DNA from: the human T2T-CHM13v2.0 reference genome, Homo sapiens
Length of the DNA stretch: 64,000 nt
Assembly: GCF_009914755.1 (NCBI RefSeq)
Contig: NC_060933.1
Strand: one strand, 5' to 3'
Part shown: positions 14,671 to 31,961 of the stretch, piece by piece
Numbering within the stretch: position 1 is the first letter of the stretch
Layout of the letters: each line of letters begins with the position of its first letter
Translations under genes and position numbers: made by a program
Notes under the pieces: generated by a model
Database searches by the model: none
Seen by the model: the letters and a program-made list of their open reading frames with translations, nothing else
What the model was told of the DNA's origin: nothing

Positions 14671-14989
14671 TTACAAACTAGCTTCAAGCAGAAAAGACAA
14701 AAGCTTCAGGGGATACCATATGTTCACTCCCCAGGCAAAGCCTATCTGTGTGGGATTAATGACAGCATTGAGTGGGTGGCTGTGTGCCTTGTGGGAGAAT
14801 ACGTTACTAATGGTCACTGGAAGAAAAGGAGTCAGCTTTCTCTTTTCTTATGTCTTTAACGATGCTTAACTCTCCCTTATTTAAAATAAAACACATATTA
14901 GATTCTGCATCTGAACCAACATTAACATTCCATTTCTTTCTGCTAAATTAACTTTCTTGGACAACTGGATCATGTTCATGGATAGTGCC

Positions 14990-15530
14990 TCTCCCATCCA
15001 CTTTTTCTGGGAATCTTGCTTTCCTTCCATGTTTTGGTCCTTACATACCTCCCTCGTTTCATCCTGCGCCACTTCCCCCCAATCACAGAGGTCCAGTCAC
15101 ACTCGTCTTCTTCAAACATGTCAATTTTGCTCCTGCTTTAGGGCCTTAGGATTTGCCATTTCTTCAGCCTGAAATGTACAATCCCCAGATTTTTTTCATG
15201 TGTAGCTTCTTATCACATAGGGAGTCCAAACATCACTTTCTCTGTGAGGGCTTTCTCTCCAAAGCACTGTTCTGCGGTCCAACCCTACCACTGTCACTGT
15301 CAACTCATACACAGGCATACACATACACAACGCATACACATGATCACTATTCAAAATGACCATTTTCCTTATTTATTGTTTATCATCTACCTCTCCCACC
15401 TCGCCACACCTTCCCCCCAAGGCGAAGGTAGGCTTCGTGAAATCTTAACCTTGCCTGTCTTATTCACTGCTGTATTCTGGTATAGCGTCTCCAACATACT
15501 TACTGATGAATAAATATCTGTTTAACAAAT
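14990..15530 (+). mobile_element. L2 3' fragment
   Basis: Typical L2 3' text (ctcctgctttagggcctt...gtcttattcactgctgtat...taaatatctg). Confidence 0.6.
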
Positions 15531-15584
15531 AAACTCTCTCTCCTCTACTGAAACTATTGTTGGCAGTCACCAAGGACCTATTCA

Positions 15585-15917
<333 letters not shown>

Positions 15918-16601
15918 TTATTTTCCTTGCTTTCCACTTCTTCCTTGCCCTTGACTCCATTGATCACCTCTTTAAAAAGAAAAAGAACTATTTTCCAGAA
16001 CCTTCGCTTCTGTGACTGCATGACACTACTCTCATGGTTGTTTCCCTACTTTCTTTGTTGACTTCTCATCTTCCTCCTCCCCTAACAGGAGGCACCTTAA
16101 AGCCTCATCTCTTGACCCTATTTTGTTTTAATACATATCGTGCATCTCTCGTGAATCTTTAAATGAATCCAGCCTGCCCAGCACAAGTCTATCCAGGGGT
16201 GTAAAAACCCAGCTGGAGGGAGTGCACACTGGCTCCTATCTTCTATCCGAACACTGTCCTTTTCGGTGTTTTCAGCATTACCCTTCCATGCCCACTATGG
16301 CTATTCTCATCTTCCCTGGCTTCCTAACCCTCTTGGTTCCTCACTTTGGGTGTAAAAGAGCAAGGACTGGAAGTATTAATAATTGTACATTCACATCTCT
16401 CTGATCTTCCCTGTTCTTTCTTCGATGATTTGGAAACTGCCCTCCAGCTATACGTGCATCACAGCGGCAGGTCAGAGGGAGTCCTGTCACCTCCCAGCCC
16501 CACCAATCCCTCCCTGGCCATCCCAGCACGGCTGCCTGGTGAGGAGGATCACATAAGTCTAATTCCCCTCCCCAGAAAGCTTGGCTATACCTTGCCCTTG
16601 A

Positions 16602-16922
<321 letters not shown>

Positions 16923-17002
16923 CATTTCAACAACTATCAAGTCTGTCTGCAGCCACACCTAGAACGTTCTCTGGGTCTCTTATCTTTGGGTTGATATATA
17001 TA

Positions 17003-17007
<5 letters not shown>

Positions 17008-17053
<46 letters not shown>
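17008..17053. repeat. (TG)n microsatellite
   Basis: About 23 TG units. Confidence 0.95.
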
Positions 17054-17057
<4 letters not shown>

Positions 17058-17423
17058 CCCTGCTGACTAGATCATCAACAATTTTGTCAAAGTTGAAGTC
17101 ATCTCATAAAAAATTCACTTCAGAAAATAATTTATGGTTTACCTCACCTTAATCTGACCACTTTCTTTTGAATTTCTTACCACCCAAGTAATTGGAATCT
17201 TCTATGATTTAATCACAAATCACTGGACATTTGCATGGTATGAGACTCTGTATGGATTCTATGCTACATTAAAATAAAAAAGAAATTGTAAGTCTTTACT
17301 TTGCATAATTCCTACCACCAAAAACGCTGTACTTTATAAAAAATTTAAATTACAGTAGTAATAGATGCCTTGTTTTAACAAGTCAAACAAAGATATATAA
17401 CTCGACCCTTTCCAGTCCTCTCA

Positions 17424-17561
17424 GCAGACCTTCTCAACCAATATTGACAGTTTAAGAGATATTCTTAGAATCTTTCATTATGGTACTCATATGCAGACTT
17501 TATCAACCAATATTGACAGTTTGAAAGATATTCTTAGAATCTTTCATTATGGTACTCATAT
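17424..17561. repeat. 69-bp tandem duplication (2 copies)
   Basis: Copies at 17424-17492 and 17493-17561 with 4 mismatches. Confidence 0.92.
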
Positions 17562-17861
17562 ATGGGTTGGATCTTATTGCTTTGCTTTTAAAATAAGAGA
17601 TTATTATACTCTGGTTTCTCTTCAGATCGTATAAATCTCTTGCCCTTTAAAATATGAGATTAAATTATACACACTATTCTGCAGCTTAAAACAATTTTTT
17701 ACTTCAATACACTGGGGACATCCCTCAGGGTCAATACATACAGAATAACTGAACTGTTTTCCAGTAGCTCCGTAGCACTTCTTTGCATGGCTGTATCATA
17801 ATTGATTCAATCCTTCCTCTATTGATGGACATTAAGGTTGCTTTCCATTTCTTCCAAGTGA

Positions 17862-18138
<277 letters not shown>

Positions 18139-20930
18139 CTTTCAATATATGTCGTTATATTCTGATGCTTGTATTTCTGTAGGAGAGCTTATCAAAGTAG
18201 GCTTGCTGGATAAAAGGGAACGTGAACTAAAAACTTAAATCAACATTTCTGGATTACTTTCAAAAAAGCGGTAGCAATTAAAATTACCCTGAACATTCTG
18301 TCATAGTTTCTCAAAAATACTTTAAAATAAAAAAGTAAATGTTTATGTTTCAAATAATTAAATTGAAAACAATCCTGAAAATGTATTATAAAGATTAACT
18401 AGACAAGAGCAGTGAAGTCCATTTCTTAGGATTAAAAACATAAAATTTATTAGCATCATAACCTAATGCAGATATCCTCCCAGAATATCAGGACCTTGCC
18501 AATTTATTATTGTTAATGCACCAAAAATGTATTCACCACAATTCTTCAGTCACTAAAAACTCATTTTTGTTAATTTTACTATAACATTTATAGTAAAACT
18601 TTTTGACTTCATTTGAGGCAACATTCTTTGAAGATTATTTTTACCCTTACACTTGTTTTCATTTAATTAGAGTGTGTTTATTTTAGTTTCAACACAGGCA
18701 TTTTACCTAAGTTTATTCTAAGTTTCTCTGGACTTTGAACCAAATACTTTTGGGAATGAGAATTCCTTGGGCATTAAAATATCAAGGATTTTTTTAAAGT
18801 GATAAAGTTTCTTTTTGAAAACACATTTTCAATCCAATCTATTGCCTTATTTTTAAAATATGTTAATGGCTTTTTCAAATGAATATATGATTCAAAAATT
18901 GAAAAGGACTCAGGATCTGAAATGTTATCCTTTCATGAAATTGACATTCATCTAAAATGGATTATGAAATATCTGGTGAAATATTATGGTAAAACTAAAA
19001 TTAAAGCTAAAAGTAAACCAAATGAAACTAACATTTCAACCACAACAAAATCCTGCAAAACTGTTGAAAGCATTCTAGGTTTATTGCAACAATTTGCAAT
19101 AAACTTAATTAAATGCTGATATGATATTTTCTTTAAAGTTTAAATTTTGTTTTTTAACCAAGAGCAGCTCAGTCAACCTAATAAAGAAAGTGAAGCCCAA
19201 AATCATTCCAAATAGCAAAGGGACAGTGGAGAAATCCAGAAATGACTGCTCATAATGGTCAGTATGATTAGTACCTCAACTTTGATAATATCTCAACTAT
19301 CAATGCGAAAGTAAATTTGTGAAGGAAGATACCAAAAATTAAATTTCAAAAAATCTGAAAAAGAAGAATTAGTAATTGATAAACTAATAACTAACTAGAG
19401 ACACTGTAACACTTACTAAATTTTTGCTACAAATTACCATAAATAGCAAGCTAAAGTAGATATGCTTCTTGAGAAATTGACAAAAAATTCTCTAAAGATA
19501 CTAAAAGATTAGCAAAACAGAAAACGCCACAGAAATGATTCTAAAGAAATATTATATAAATTATAATCATAGAAACTAGACATGATTTAAATATCATATA
19601 AATTATATTCCCATGTGAAAGGTTGCAATTTTGATAACTGGTGATCAAATATATGTTTTTGCATCTTAAATATATTTATAAGAAAATGGCCAAACTATAT
19701 CCCTTAATGGTCATCAACTTAGGCATTTCTTTAATGCTGATACAGTAACAAAATGAAAACGAATAAACTCAGAGTTACAGAGTCCTCAAAAGCTGTCAAA
19801 TATGAATTATTTCTTCATGCACTTAATAAGTCCTACTATATGCTGGGCACTCTTCTAGAAGAAAGAGCTATGAAGCAGAGTCCCTGCTCAAGGAGACAGA
19901 CACAAACTGCAGCAATGTGACATGAAGGCAGGTACAATGAGGAAGACTACGGTGGGTCGGGGGTCAGGGATTGCTGGAGTGGTAGGGTAATAATGGCTAC
20001 TTTATCAAGGTGTTTGGGTAACACTAAGCAGAGTATTGAATGGCTGCAAATTGTACACATCAAAGCAGTTGTACACATTGAGTAAATGAATTTTCAAAAA
20101 ATTCAGCAAAAGACAGAAAACAGGAAAAACCAAACCTAAATGTCATTCTGACTGAAGAGCAGAGCCAAGAATCTGCTACTGCTTTCTGTTTTTATTTCCA
20201 ATTATTTCCCAGAGGGAGAGGCCACTATACTCCGTGTACTGCCCACAAAAGCCACCAACCACTCAGGTGTGGTTTGCAGACCACACCTTAAGTGAGAAAG
20301 GAAAAGCCACTCTGGCTTATTTGACAAAAAGCAGAAATGCTCACCTTGTGACAAGGAGGACACTAATGGCGTGGGACTCAGTGGGTTCATGAAGATGCCA
20401 AACACAAATCTGCACTACAGCAAATTTGCCTATACGAAGTCCGAGAGCAGAGTATGTGGCTCCACACAAACTACCTTTTAACCCAAGAATCCTGGAATTC
20501 CACTCCTGGCTTTAAACCAAGGTGTCAGCTGGGAAAGCCACCCTTCCGCCCTTGTAAGCTGAAGGAAAAGGGCTTTTTGTGTGTTGCTCGTTGTTTTTAT
20601 CCTATCCTGGCACCAAAATGAACCACTTTTTGAGAAGACACCAGTGCCCACTACAGAGAGAAATAACAGAATGATCATAGCTTCTTAGCTACTGGTATGG
20701 TGTGGCTTTCTCAGGGATGGACTCTTCAATAGTTACAATTATTTTGTCAAAAATATTTATTTTAATTTTTTTTTAAAATGGCAATAGTCATTTTGGGGGC
20801 TATGCAACCACAGCAATACATAGGTTGGGGCATAACCAATCACTTGCTACGTAGTCTTGAAACTCTGGGAACTGTCTGTCTCCAAGCTCTAAGCAAACTC
20901 TTAAAGGAAACCAAAAATAACCTTCTGTAG

Positions 20931-21290
<360 letters not shown>

Positions 21291-21863
21291 TGACTATGTA
21301 AATTATTGACAGACAGTCACACATGGATTTCAAAAAATTAAGTGGCTTTAACAGAAGTTGGGAAGCCCAACCAAGTCACTTTTTGCTCCTTTCCTTCAAC
21401 AGGAAAAATGTATGTTTCCTCCAAAACCTTGCCACCTGGGAAAAGGAACAATTTGTATTAAGAAACAAAAATCAAATCAACAATATAATTTCTTACATTG
21501 AAATTTATAACCTGAGATCCTACCAGCTTCCCCTACTTTATATTACTTTAAGTTCATGCTTATTTCCCAAGTTAATTTTACTTCACCAAAGCGGTCTTTT
21601 GTTGTTGTTGGGATTCATCCAGCTTAAGGAAAAACTTTGAATTACTGTGTGCACTGACTGAGAAGGAATGCAATAAACAGGCCATGTTACTTCCAAATCC
21701 TTTTCATTGAAGAAATAGAAATTTTTGTAAGCCCTGGGAGAATACCAGAATGAAGAATGGGAAGAAAGGTTGATTTATAGCGGACAATCTTTTCTTTATT
21801 CATGTTATCTGGCTTCCTGTAATACATTCATCCTGCAGTCACATCACATACACACTAGTACAT

Positions 21864-22168
<305 letters not shown>

Positions 22169-22503
22169 AAGTACATCTTATGTAGGTGCAGTAATGTAAG
22201 AATGTTTTTTTCCCTGTTCTATGTTTCAACTGGTAAAGGGAATTCAACAAGGAAACTTACTTAGGAGACCCCATGTGTTAATTTTGGTAAAAATAACCCC
22301 ACAGAAAAAAGGTGGAAAGTAATTGATGGAATAAAGCAGGTAGAGAAATGAGACTCCTTTATAAAGAGAAGGAGCAAGTGAAAACTAAACGAAATGACTC
22401 TTAGAAGACAGTAGATCTATTTTAAGTCTTCAGGGCTAGGAAAGGACAGGTATTTTTAAACTTAATTGGGTCATTTCAAATAATAATTAGATTATTTACT
22501 TGA

Positions 22504-23205
<702 letters not shown>

Positions 23206-23751
23206 AATTCTTTAAACCAGAATAAAATAATGATTTAAAGAAAGTTAAATATGGAGGAAACAGGGGAGCTTTAGCACCTTTGAGTAGTGAAAAGATTGTA
23301 GATTTTAGAGACAGAAAAACATGAGTTCAAATTCTGTTACCAGCTATGAATTACTTTTTGTTGCTGAGCTTCTATTTCCTCATCTATGTAATGGGAACAC
23401 TAATATCTACTACACAGATGAGTTATGAGAAACAAAAATAATTTACATAAAGTTCTGGGCACTCTGTAATCACTCAGTGAATTATAAAACACCATACTTC
23501 AAGTCCCAAAGAAGAAAAAAAAATTTGCCCTGTTACTTGCTAAGCTGAACTGAATAGGACCAGACAGAAAATCAAGTTTATTTGGTCGGGGGGAAAGAAA
23601 GGACTTTTTCACTAACCATCTGTGTGAAACACTGGAGGAGAAACAAGAGTCTTAGAATTTGGGAGTATAAATGAAAACATCCAGCTAGAATGCATCTCTT
23701 TGCAATGACAAAGAGGAACAATATTCTCAGAGGACCATTTTGTACTTTGTC

Positions 23752-24048
23752 TTTTTTTTTTGAGACAAGGTCTCACTCTGTCTCCCAGCCTGGAGTGCAG
23801 TTGCACGATCACAGTTCACTGCAGCCTTGACCTTCCAGGCTCAAGCGATCCTCTCACCTTAGCCTCCAGAGTAGCTGGGACTACAGGCATGCACTACCAT
23901 GCCCAGCTAATTTTTGTGGTTTTTTTTTGTAGAGATGGGATCTCGCTATGCTGCCCAGGCTGGTCACAAACTTCTCAGCTTAAGCAATCTGCCTGCCTCA
24001 GCCTCCCAAAGTGTTGGGATTACAGGTGTGAGCTACTCTGCCCAGCCT
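23752..24048 (-). mobile_element. AluJ SINE
   Basis: Diverged reverse Alu. Confidence 0.9.
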
Positions 24049-24584
24049 ATTTTGTCATTTTAAAAATCATTTTCTCAGTCTGTCCATATTTCTTCTCTTC
24101 AGGTATGCAAGGAATGTTATCTCTTTACATTTGCCCTAGAACTCCTCAAATTTTCTTGGATGTGAAAATAGTTGTACATCATCCCATTTCAGGCAAATTC
24201 TCTTGGGCCTTACCTCTCCCAGAAAAAGCACAAGGATTGCTCACCCGGCCTTCATGCCGGCTATGCAGGCCCATTTCTAACACATCCTTCTCTAGCCTTT
24301 AGCTCGGACCAACACCAAGTACCACCATTTCTATAACTTCCATTACTCCCCTCCTCCTAGGACTACCATCCCTAAACCTAATTCCACTCTTCTCTATTTC
24401 CTTCCAAAAAATTCCAGCATTTTCTGGTGTGAGATTTGGGAGGGATAGGAATAAGAAAGAACACTGATACTACTTCTAAGCATCCCTTCTTTATAACTAC
24501 AAAAGACAATCTCACGTGCACAGAGTAATCAACTCATGAGTAAATATTTAACATTTCAGTAAAGACAGTAAGCACAAATGAAAT

Positions 24585-24940
24585 TTTTTAAATTTTTGTA
24601 AATTTTAGGGGGTACAAGTGCAGTTTTGTTACATGGATATTGAGTAGTGGTGAAGTCTGAGCTTTTAGTGTAGCCATCACCTGAATAGCAGACATTGTAC
24701 CCAATGGCTAATTTTTCATTCCTTACCACCCTCCCGCCTTCCCACCTTTTGGACTCTCCGATGTTATTATTTCACTCTCTGTGTCCATGTGTACACACTG
24801 TTTAGCCCCCACTTACAAGTGAGACCATGTGGTATCTGATTTTCCATTTTTGAATTATTTCACATAGGATAATGATCTCCAGTTCCATCCATATTGCTGC
24901 AAAAGCTGAGTAGTATATCACGGTATACATTTACACCACA
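24585..24940 (-). mobile_element. L1 (L1MA-like) 3' fragment
   Basis: ttttagggggtacaagtgcagttttgttacatgg...cccacttacaagtgagac...ccagttccatccat. Confidence 0.85.
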
Positions 24941-25262
24941 TTTTCTTTTTTTTTTTCTTTTTTCTTTTTTTTTTTTTTTTGAGATGAGTCTCGCTCTGTT
25001 GCCCAAATTGGAGTGCAGTGGCACAATCTCGGCTCACTGCAACATCCGCCTCCCGAGTTCAAGCAATTCTCCTGCCTCAGCCTCCTAAGTAGCTAGGATT
25101 ACAGGTGCCCGCCACTATGCCTAGCTAGTATTTCTAGTTTTAGTAGAGATGGGGTTTCACCATGTTGGCCAGGCTGATCTCGAACTCCTAACCTCAAATG
25201 ATCCACCCACCTCAGCCTCCCAAAGTGCTGGGATTAAAAGTTATGAGCCACTGTGTCCAGCC
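24941..25262 (-). mobile_element. AluS SINE
   Basis: Reverse full Alu. Confidence 0.92.
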
Positions 25263-25334
25263 AGCAGTTTTTTTTTTTTTTGTATGTTTGAAGATACATG
25301 AAGCTTTCTCTTGAGTTTCTTTCTCATTACCAAA

Positions 25335-25340
<6 letters not shown>

Positions 25341-25381
<41 letters not shown>
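25341..25381. repeat. (AC)n microsatellite
   Basis: About 20 AC units. Confidence 0.95.
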
Positions 25382-25385
<4 letters not shown>

Positions 25386-25974
25386 GACACAAAGGGCCTG
25401 GACCTTTCTTCCACTCAGCGGAGATTCTCGGCACTCCTAAACTGTTCCTCTTGGGTTGGGTTCCCACATCTGCCACTGCACCAATGCCATCAGGGTAGCT
25501 TCCTCTTGGGCCCTTCTTTCTCCCCTGCCCCATAGCCCTTGAGGTTGTATATTGCTGAGAGATGATGTTGTTTGAAGGAGAGAAGTGGGGGAGGGCAGAG
25601 AAGGGAAGAAATGCAATGACCCAAAGCATGTGAAACTGCTAGGGACAAAGGGTAAGAAAGACCATTCCAGGATTCCACAATGAAGTAGGAGAGGGGTGCC
25701 AACCTCAGTTTTAGTAGGGAGGCTTCTCAGACTGCCCTGTTCTCAACAGTGGGGAAAAAGTCTTCTGAGAAAGAATACAATAAGCACAGGAATGGTGGGA
25801 AGGCAGAAAATCGAAGTAAGCAGGAGCACTGGCCAGCCATGCCCACCATGCTCTGTAAAATGCTATCCCAGGCACAGAGCTCTGAGCTCAGCACACAGAT
25901 GTCACTCCATACAGTTTGCTGGCTGACTGAAGAAATGAATTTCAGGGGCAAGGACTCCTTTGCGCCTTCCCAAA

Positions 25975-26490
25975 TGTATTCATTTATTCAATTCAATAAA
26001 TATTTGTTAGTCCCAATTTATGCAAGGCATTCTTGGGGATACAGTATTAAATAAAACAGACAAAAATCCCTACCCTCGTGAAAGTCACATTTCAATGCTG
26101 GTGAAACACAATACATATATAAACAAGTAGACATGTTATATGTCAATGGTTGATGGGGCAGTGCAGAAAAATCAAACAGGATAAGGTGGATAGAGAATAT
26201 CAGGGGAAAGGGAAGTATTATTTTATATAAGATGGTCAGGGAAGACGTCACCATTTACATGACATTTGAGCAGAGAATTGAAATAAGTTCAGGGGGCTAA
26301 CTATGCAGGTATCTAGGGAAACTGTTTTCTAGTCAGAGAGGGGACAGCAGGTACAAAGTCCCTGAGGCAAAAGCATGCTTGCTGTGTTCTAGGAAAAGCA
26401 AGGAAGACAGCATGTCTATAGCAGTGGGAGGTGGAAGGATAATAAACAGTAGGTGAGGTTAGAGGGGACCAAATCATGTATTTTCCATCC
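25975..26490 (-). mobile_element. L2 3' fragment
   Basis: attcatttattcaattcaataaatatttg... reverse L2 3' end. Confidence 0.7.
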
Positions 26491-28851
26491 AGAGGTTCCC
26501 AACCTTGGCTGCACATTAGATTTATTCTAAGGAGCTTTTAAAAAATACCAATGACTGGGTCCCAGCCTAGAGTGATTAAATCAGAATCTCTGGAGGTAGA
26601 CTTGAGAATCTGATGTTTGCAAGTTTCCTAGGCAAGTCAAGGCTGAGGAAGACTGCTGCAGGCCATTGTAAGAGCCAGGCGTTGATCTCATTCAACCTTT
26701 CCCTCAGCTCTTCTAGAGACAGCCAGCATTCTCTTATGGCAGAAATACAGCCTTTCACCCTCACAGAAAGACACAGGACAACAAATTCAATAAATTAATT
26801 CACTGGCATGGATGATTTTCTCAGACTAATTGTTTCCAGTTTGATAGGAGACAATTAAAGGCTGGAAGGCACTGGATGCCTGATGATGAAGTGGACTTTC
26901 AAACTGGGGCACTACTGAAACGATGGGATGGCCAGAGACACAGGAGATCAGTTGGAGCAAGCTCAATAACAAAGTGGTTCAACGAGGACTTGGAATTGCA
27001 TGGAGCTGGAGCTGAAGTTTAGCCCAATTGTTTACTAGTTGAGTGAATGTGGATGATTGGATGATCATTTCTCATCTCTGAGCCTCAGGTTCCCCATCCA
27101 TAAAATGGGATACACAGTATGATCTATAAAGTGGGATATAGTATGATCTACTTCACTGGGTTATTTGAAGGATGAATTGAGATAATTTATTTCAGGTGCC
27201 TAGAACAATGCCCAGATTAGTACATTTGGTGGAACTGAGAAATGGCATAACACCAAATTTAATATATGTCAGATGTTACTATGATTATCATTCAATCTCA
27301 TAGTTTTGTCATGGCCCAATTTATCCTCACTTGTGCCTCAACAAATTGAACTGTTAACAAAGGAATCTCTGGTCCTGGGTAATGGCTGAGCACCACTGAG
27401 CATTTCCATTCCAGTTGGCTTCTTGGGTTTGCTAGCTGCATCACTAGTCATCTTAAATAAATGAAGTTTTAACATTTCTCCAGTGATTTTTTTATCTCAC
27501 CTTTGAAGATACTATGTTATGTGATTAAATAAAGAACTTGAGAAGAACAGGTTTCATTAAACATAAAATCAATGTAGACGCAAATTTTCTGGATGGGCAA
27601 TACTTATGTTCACAGGAAATGCTTTAAAATATGCAGAAGATAATTAAATGGCAATGGACAAAGTGAAAAACTTAGACTTTTTTTTTTTTTTTGGAAGTAT
27701 CTGGATGTTCCTTAGTCACTTAAAGGAGAACTGAAAAATAGCAGTGAGTTCCACATAATCCAACCTGTGAGATTAAGGCTCTTTGTGGGGAAGGACAAAG
27801 ATCTGTAAATTTACAGTTTCCTTCCAAAGCCAACGTCGAATTTTGAAACATATCAAAGCTCTTCTTCAAGACAAATAATCTATAGTACATCTTTCTTATG
27901 GGATGCACTTATGAAAAATGGTGGCTGTCAACATCTAGTCACTTTAGCTCTCAAAATGGTTCATTTTAAGAGAAAGTTTTAGAATCTCATATTTATTCCT
28001 GTGGAAGGACAGCATTGTGGCTTGGACTTTATAAGGTCTTTATTCAACTAAATAGGTAAAGAAACCTCCATGACAGGAATCTGAAACATTGTCCCTGGTG
28101 CTCATAAATTCTCCACTGTATTGTCTGAAATGACTTATCTCAGTCCTGACTGTGGGCTCAGATTTACTGTACAGTTCATCAACTTCTCAGCATGATGGAT
28201 AATGAATGTTTCATTTACATCGCTAATTGCCAAGCCATGGTTCCTGCAACCTTTAACCCGTATGCTTTGTCCCATTATCACCATATGTCAATATAATTGC
28301 ATTTAACATTCCAAATGATAAACTTTCCTCTATACAGAGAAATATTTTTCACAAAGAAATCGCATAAGGGCTGCTGGTAAAATATAAGTCTATTACAGGA
28401 AATGACAGGGATTCAACTAGAAATATAGGAAGATTCTCGTAACTAGTAAAATCCATCGTCAGACAAGGACCCTTGATTTCATATGTAGGAAAAATACTGG
28501 TATTTTCTTAAGGATTTGTCTTTGTTGCCTTTTAATTGAACAAATGCATAAAAAGAGATTCCTAAAGTAGTGCAACTAAACTTTCAGGCCTATGTAAGAT
28601 CCAAGAAGTACATATTTTTTAAAACTGGTTAGCGATAGCTACATGACCCAATTATATTTTCTATATTTATTTGATTATCAGCCAGTAAACTCATAATGAA
28701 GCAGCTGCGCACTCCCCCAACAATTGAGAATTGAACAAATTTCCAGAGAGAAGTGAAAAATATCAAAAATTAAAATCCTAAACTTGAAGACAAGTTGAGA
28801 GACCATTTAGTCTGGCCACCTGTATCCAAGATTCATTTAAAACCAAGCAGC

Positions 28852-29240
<389 letters not shown>

Positions 29241-29429
29241 CTACTGAGAACCAATGAGGAGCCAGCTCCTCCATCGTATCGGGAGATGCCCAGGTGGGGA
29301 TCTGCCCAGGACCACGCAGGCTACGCTGCAACCTAGGGTGTGCCTGCAACCCTCATCCCCGTGTGTTTCCCATCTGAGAAAGTGGTCTAGGACATCCACC
29401 AAGTTTTTATGCTACGTACCTGAGAATAA

Positions 29430-30240
29430 TCCATGACATTTTTTCCTCCCTAGTCCCCATAGCCAGTCCATCAACACATCCTATTGGTTATTACTTAAAT
29501 AAATTAGATATATTAAATATCTATAAAAATGTATCTTGAATTTTTCTACTACATTTTGACTGCCCCCATCCTACTTCAAACCATGGTCACCTCTCCCATG
29601 GGCTATGAAGGCAGCCGCTAACCCATCTCTTTATTTGCATTGTTACCTGCTTTCCATTAACTCTTTGCCACATCCCTATCCTTTTTATAATCCTCCAGTG
29701 GCTTCCCTTGAACTTAAAATAAAGTCTGAAGTGTTCACTCTGGCCTGGGAGGGCTTGAAGGATCTGATCCCACCACCTCTCCAGCCATGCCACTCCCTCC
29801 CCTACACTCACTATGACACATGCAGTTTCTAATGAATTTTCTTTCAGTTTCCTGAATGTGCCGACCTATTTCCCACTTCAGAGCCTTTGCACTGCTGTTC
29901 CCTTTGCCTGGAATGCTCTTACCCCTAGTCCTTTCCTGGCCTATATTGTATATGCTTGGTTTATAAACTTAAAAATTACTTTCTTTGGAGAACTTACACA
30001 CCTCCCTATCTAATGTAAAGTAGGTTATATACATTTTCTTATAACAGCATCCAATCATTTTCTTCATAGCACTTAAATTAGTTTGAAATCTACATTTATA
30101 TGCATGATTACTTGTTTAATGTCTTGCTTCCTGACTAAACTGAAAGCTCCAAGAGGATAAGAATTATGTGTATTTTAGTTCCTTATGTTCCTCGTACCTA
30201 GCACATAGCATATAGTGTTGGTGAATGAGTTAACGGTGAA
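29430..30240 (+). mobile_element. L2 3' fragment
   Basis: cctccagtggcttccc...cagagcctttgcactgctgttccctttgcctggaatgctct...cctagcacatag. Confidence 0.72.
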
Positions 30241-30378
30241 TGTCTTGGTATTTCACCTTTCATCCTGCTGGACTCTAATTTCCTATAACCAACGTGTACA
30301 GCAAAATGAATGGAGATGTTGGAGTCAGAATACAGGTAGGCAAGGTAATCAGAGACATAGAAAGCATTGGGAAAGCCT

Positions 30379-30820
<442 letters not shown>

Positions 30821-31113
30821 TCAGTGGAGTAGTTAAGACCATGAACGCTAGGGCCAGATTCTGCTTCTTCATATTTTTACAGCCTTGGGAAAGTTATTCT
30901 CTCTGTGCCACACTTTGTTTATCTGAAACATGAAGACAACTACAGCATCTTCTTTACAGAGTTCTTCTAAAAATTAAATGAGTTAATTTTTGTAAAATCC
31001 TTCAAAGAGTCCCAGCCATATGTTAAGTTCCATGTAAATACTTTGCTAATAAAAATAAAATTTTGGAGTTATAAGCGCAGAGTTTCTTGGATAATACTGT
31101 TCTATGTCCTAAG

Positions 31114-31278
31114 GAATTACAACACATATACTTAGTGTTTCAATGAACACCAAGATCAATAAGTGAAGAGCTAGTCCGCTGTGAGTCTCCTCAGTGACAC
31201 AGGGCTGGATCACCATCGACGGCACTTTCTGAGTACTCAGTGCAGCAAAGAAAGACTACAGACATCTCAATGGCAGGG
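31114..31278 (+). ncRNA. PCA3: PCA3 exon 2 (165 nt, alternatively spliced)
   Basis: Acceptor tctatgtcctaag|GAATTAC; donor GGCAGGG|gtgagt. Confidence 0.93.
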
Positions 31279-31550
31279 GTGAGTTACATGGTAGAACGAA
31301 GAATAGACCAGAAGCCAGAAGTGCTGGCCTTTAACCATATACCTGCTATTCGCTAGCTGTGTACCCTCTGCAAATGTCCTGGGTCTTAGATTGGTGTCTA
31401 TGAATTAGACAATCTTTAAGATCTCTTCTAGCCTCCCCCATGTTACGTGTCATTTTCCTTAGGTTTCTTTTAAAGTGCCCAAAACAGTCCACATAGTAGG
31501 TATTGTGGTGATTAAACAGAAAGGCACTGAACCACAAAGCAGACACTTGA

Positions 31551-31961
<411 letters not shown>

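Noticed and set aside
23760-24302. 180-aa ORF
   Set aside because: The first half is AluJ and the rest has no recognisable homology.
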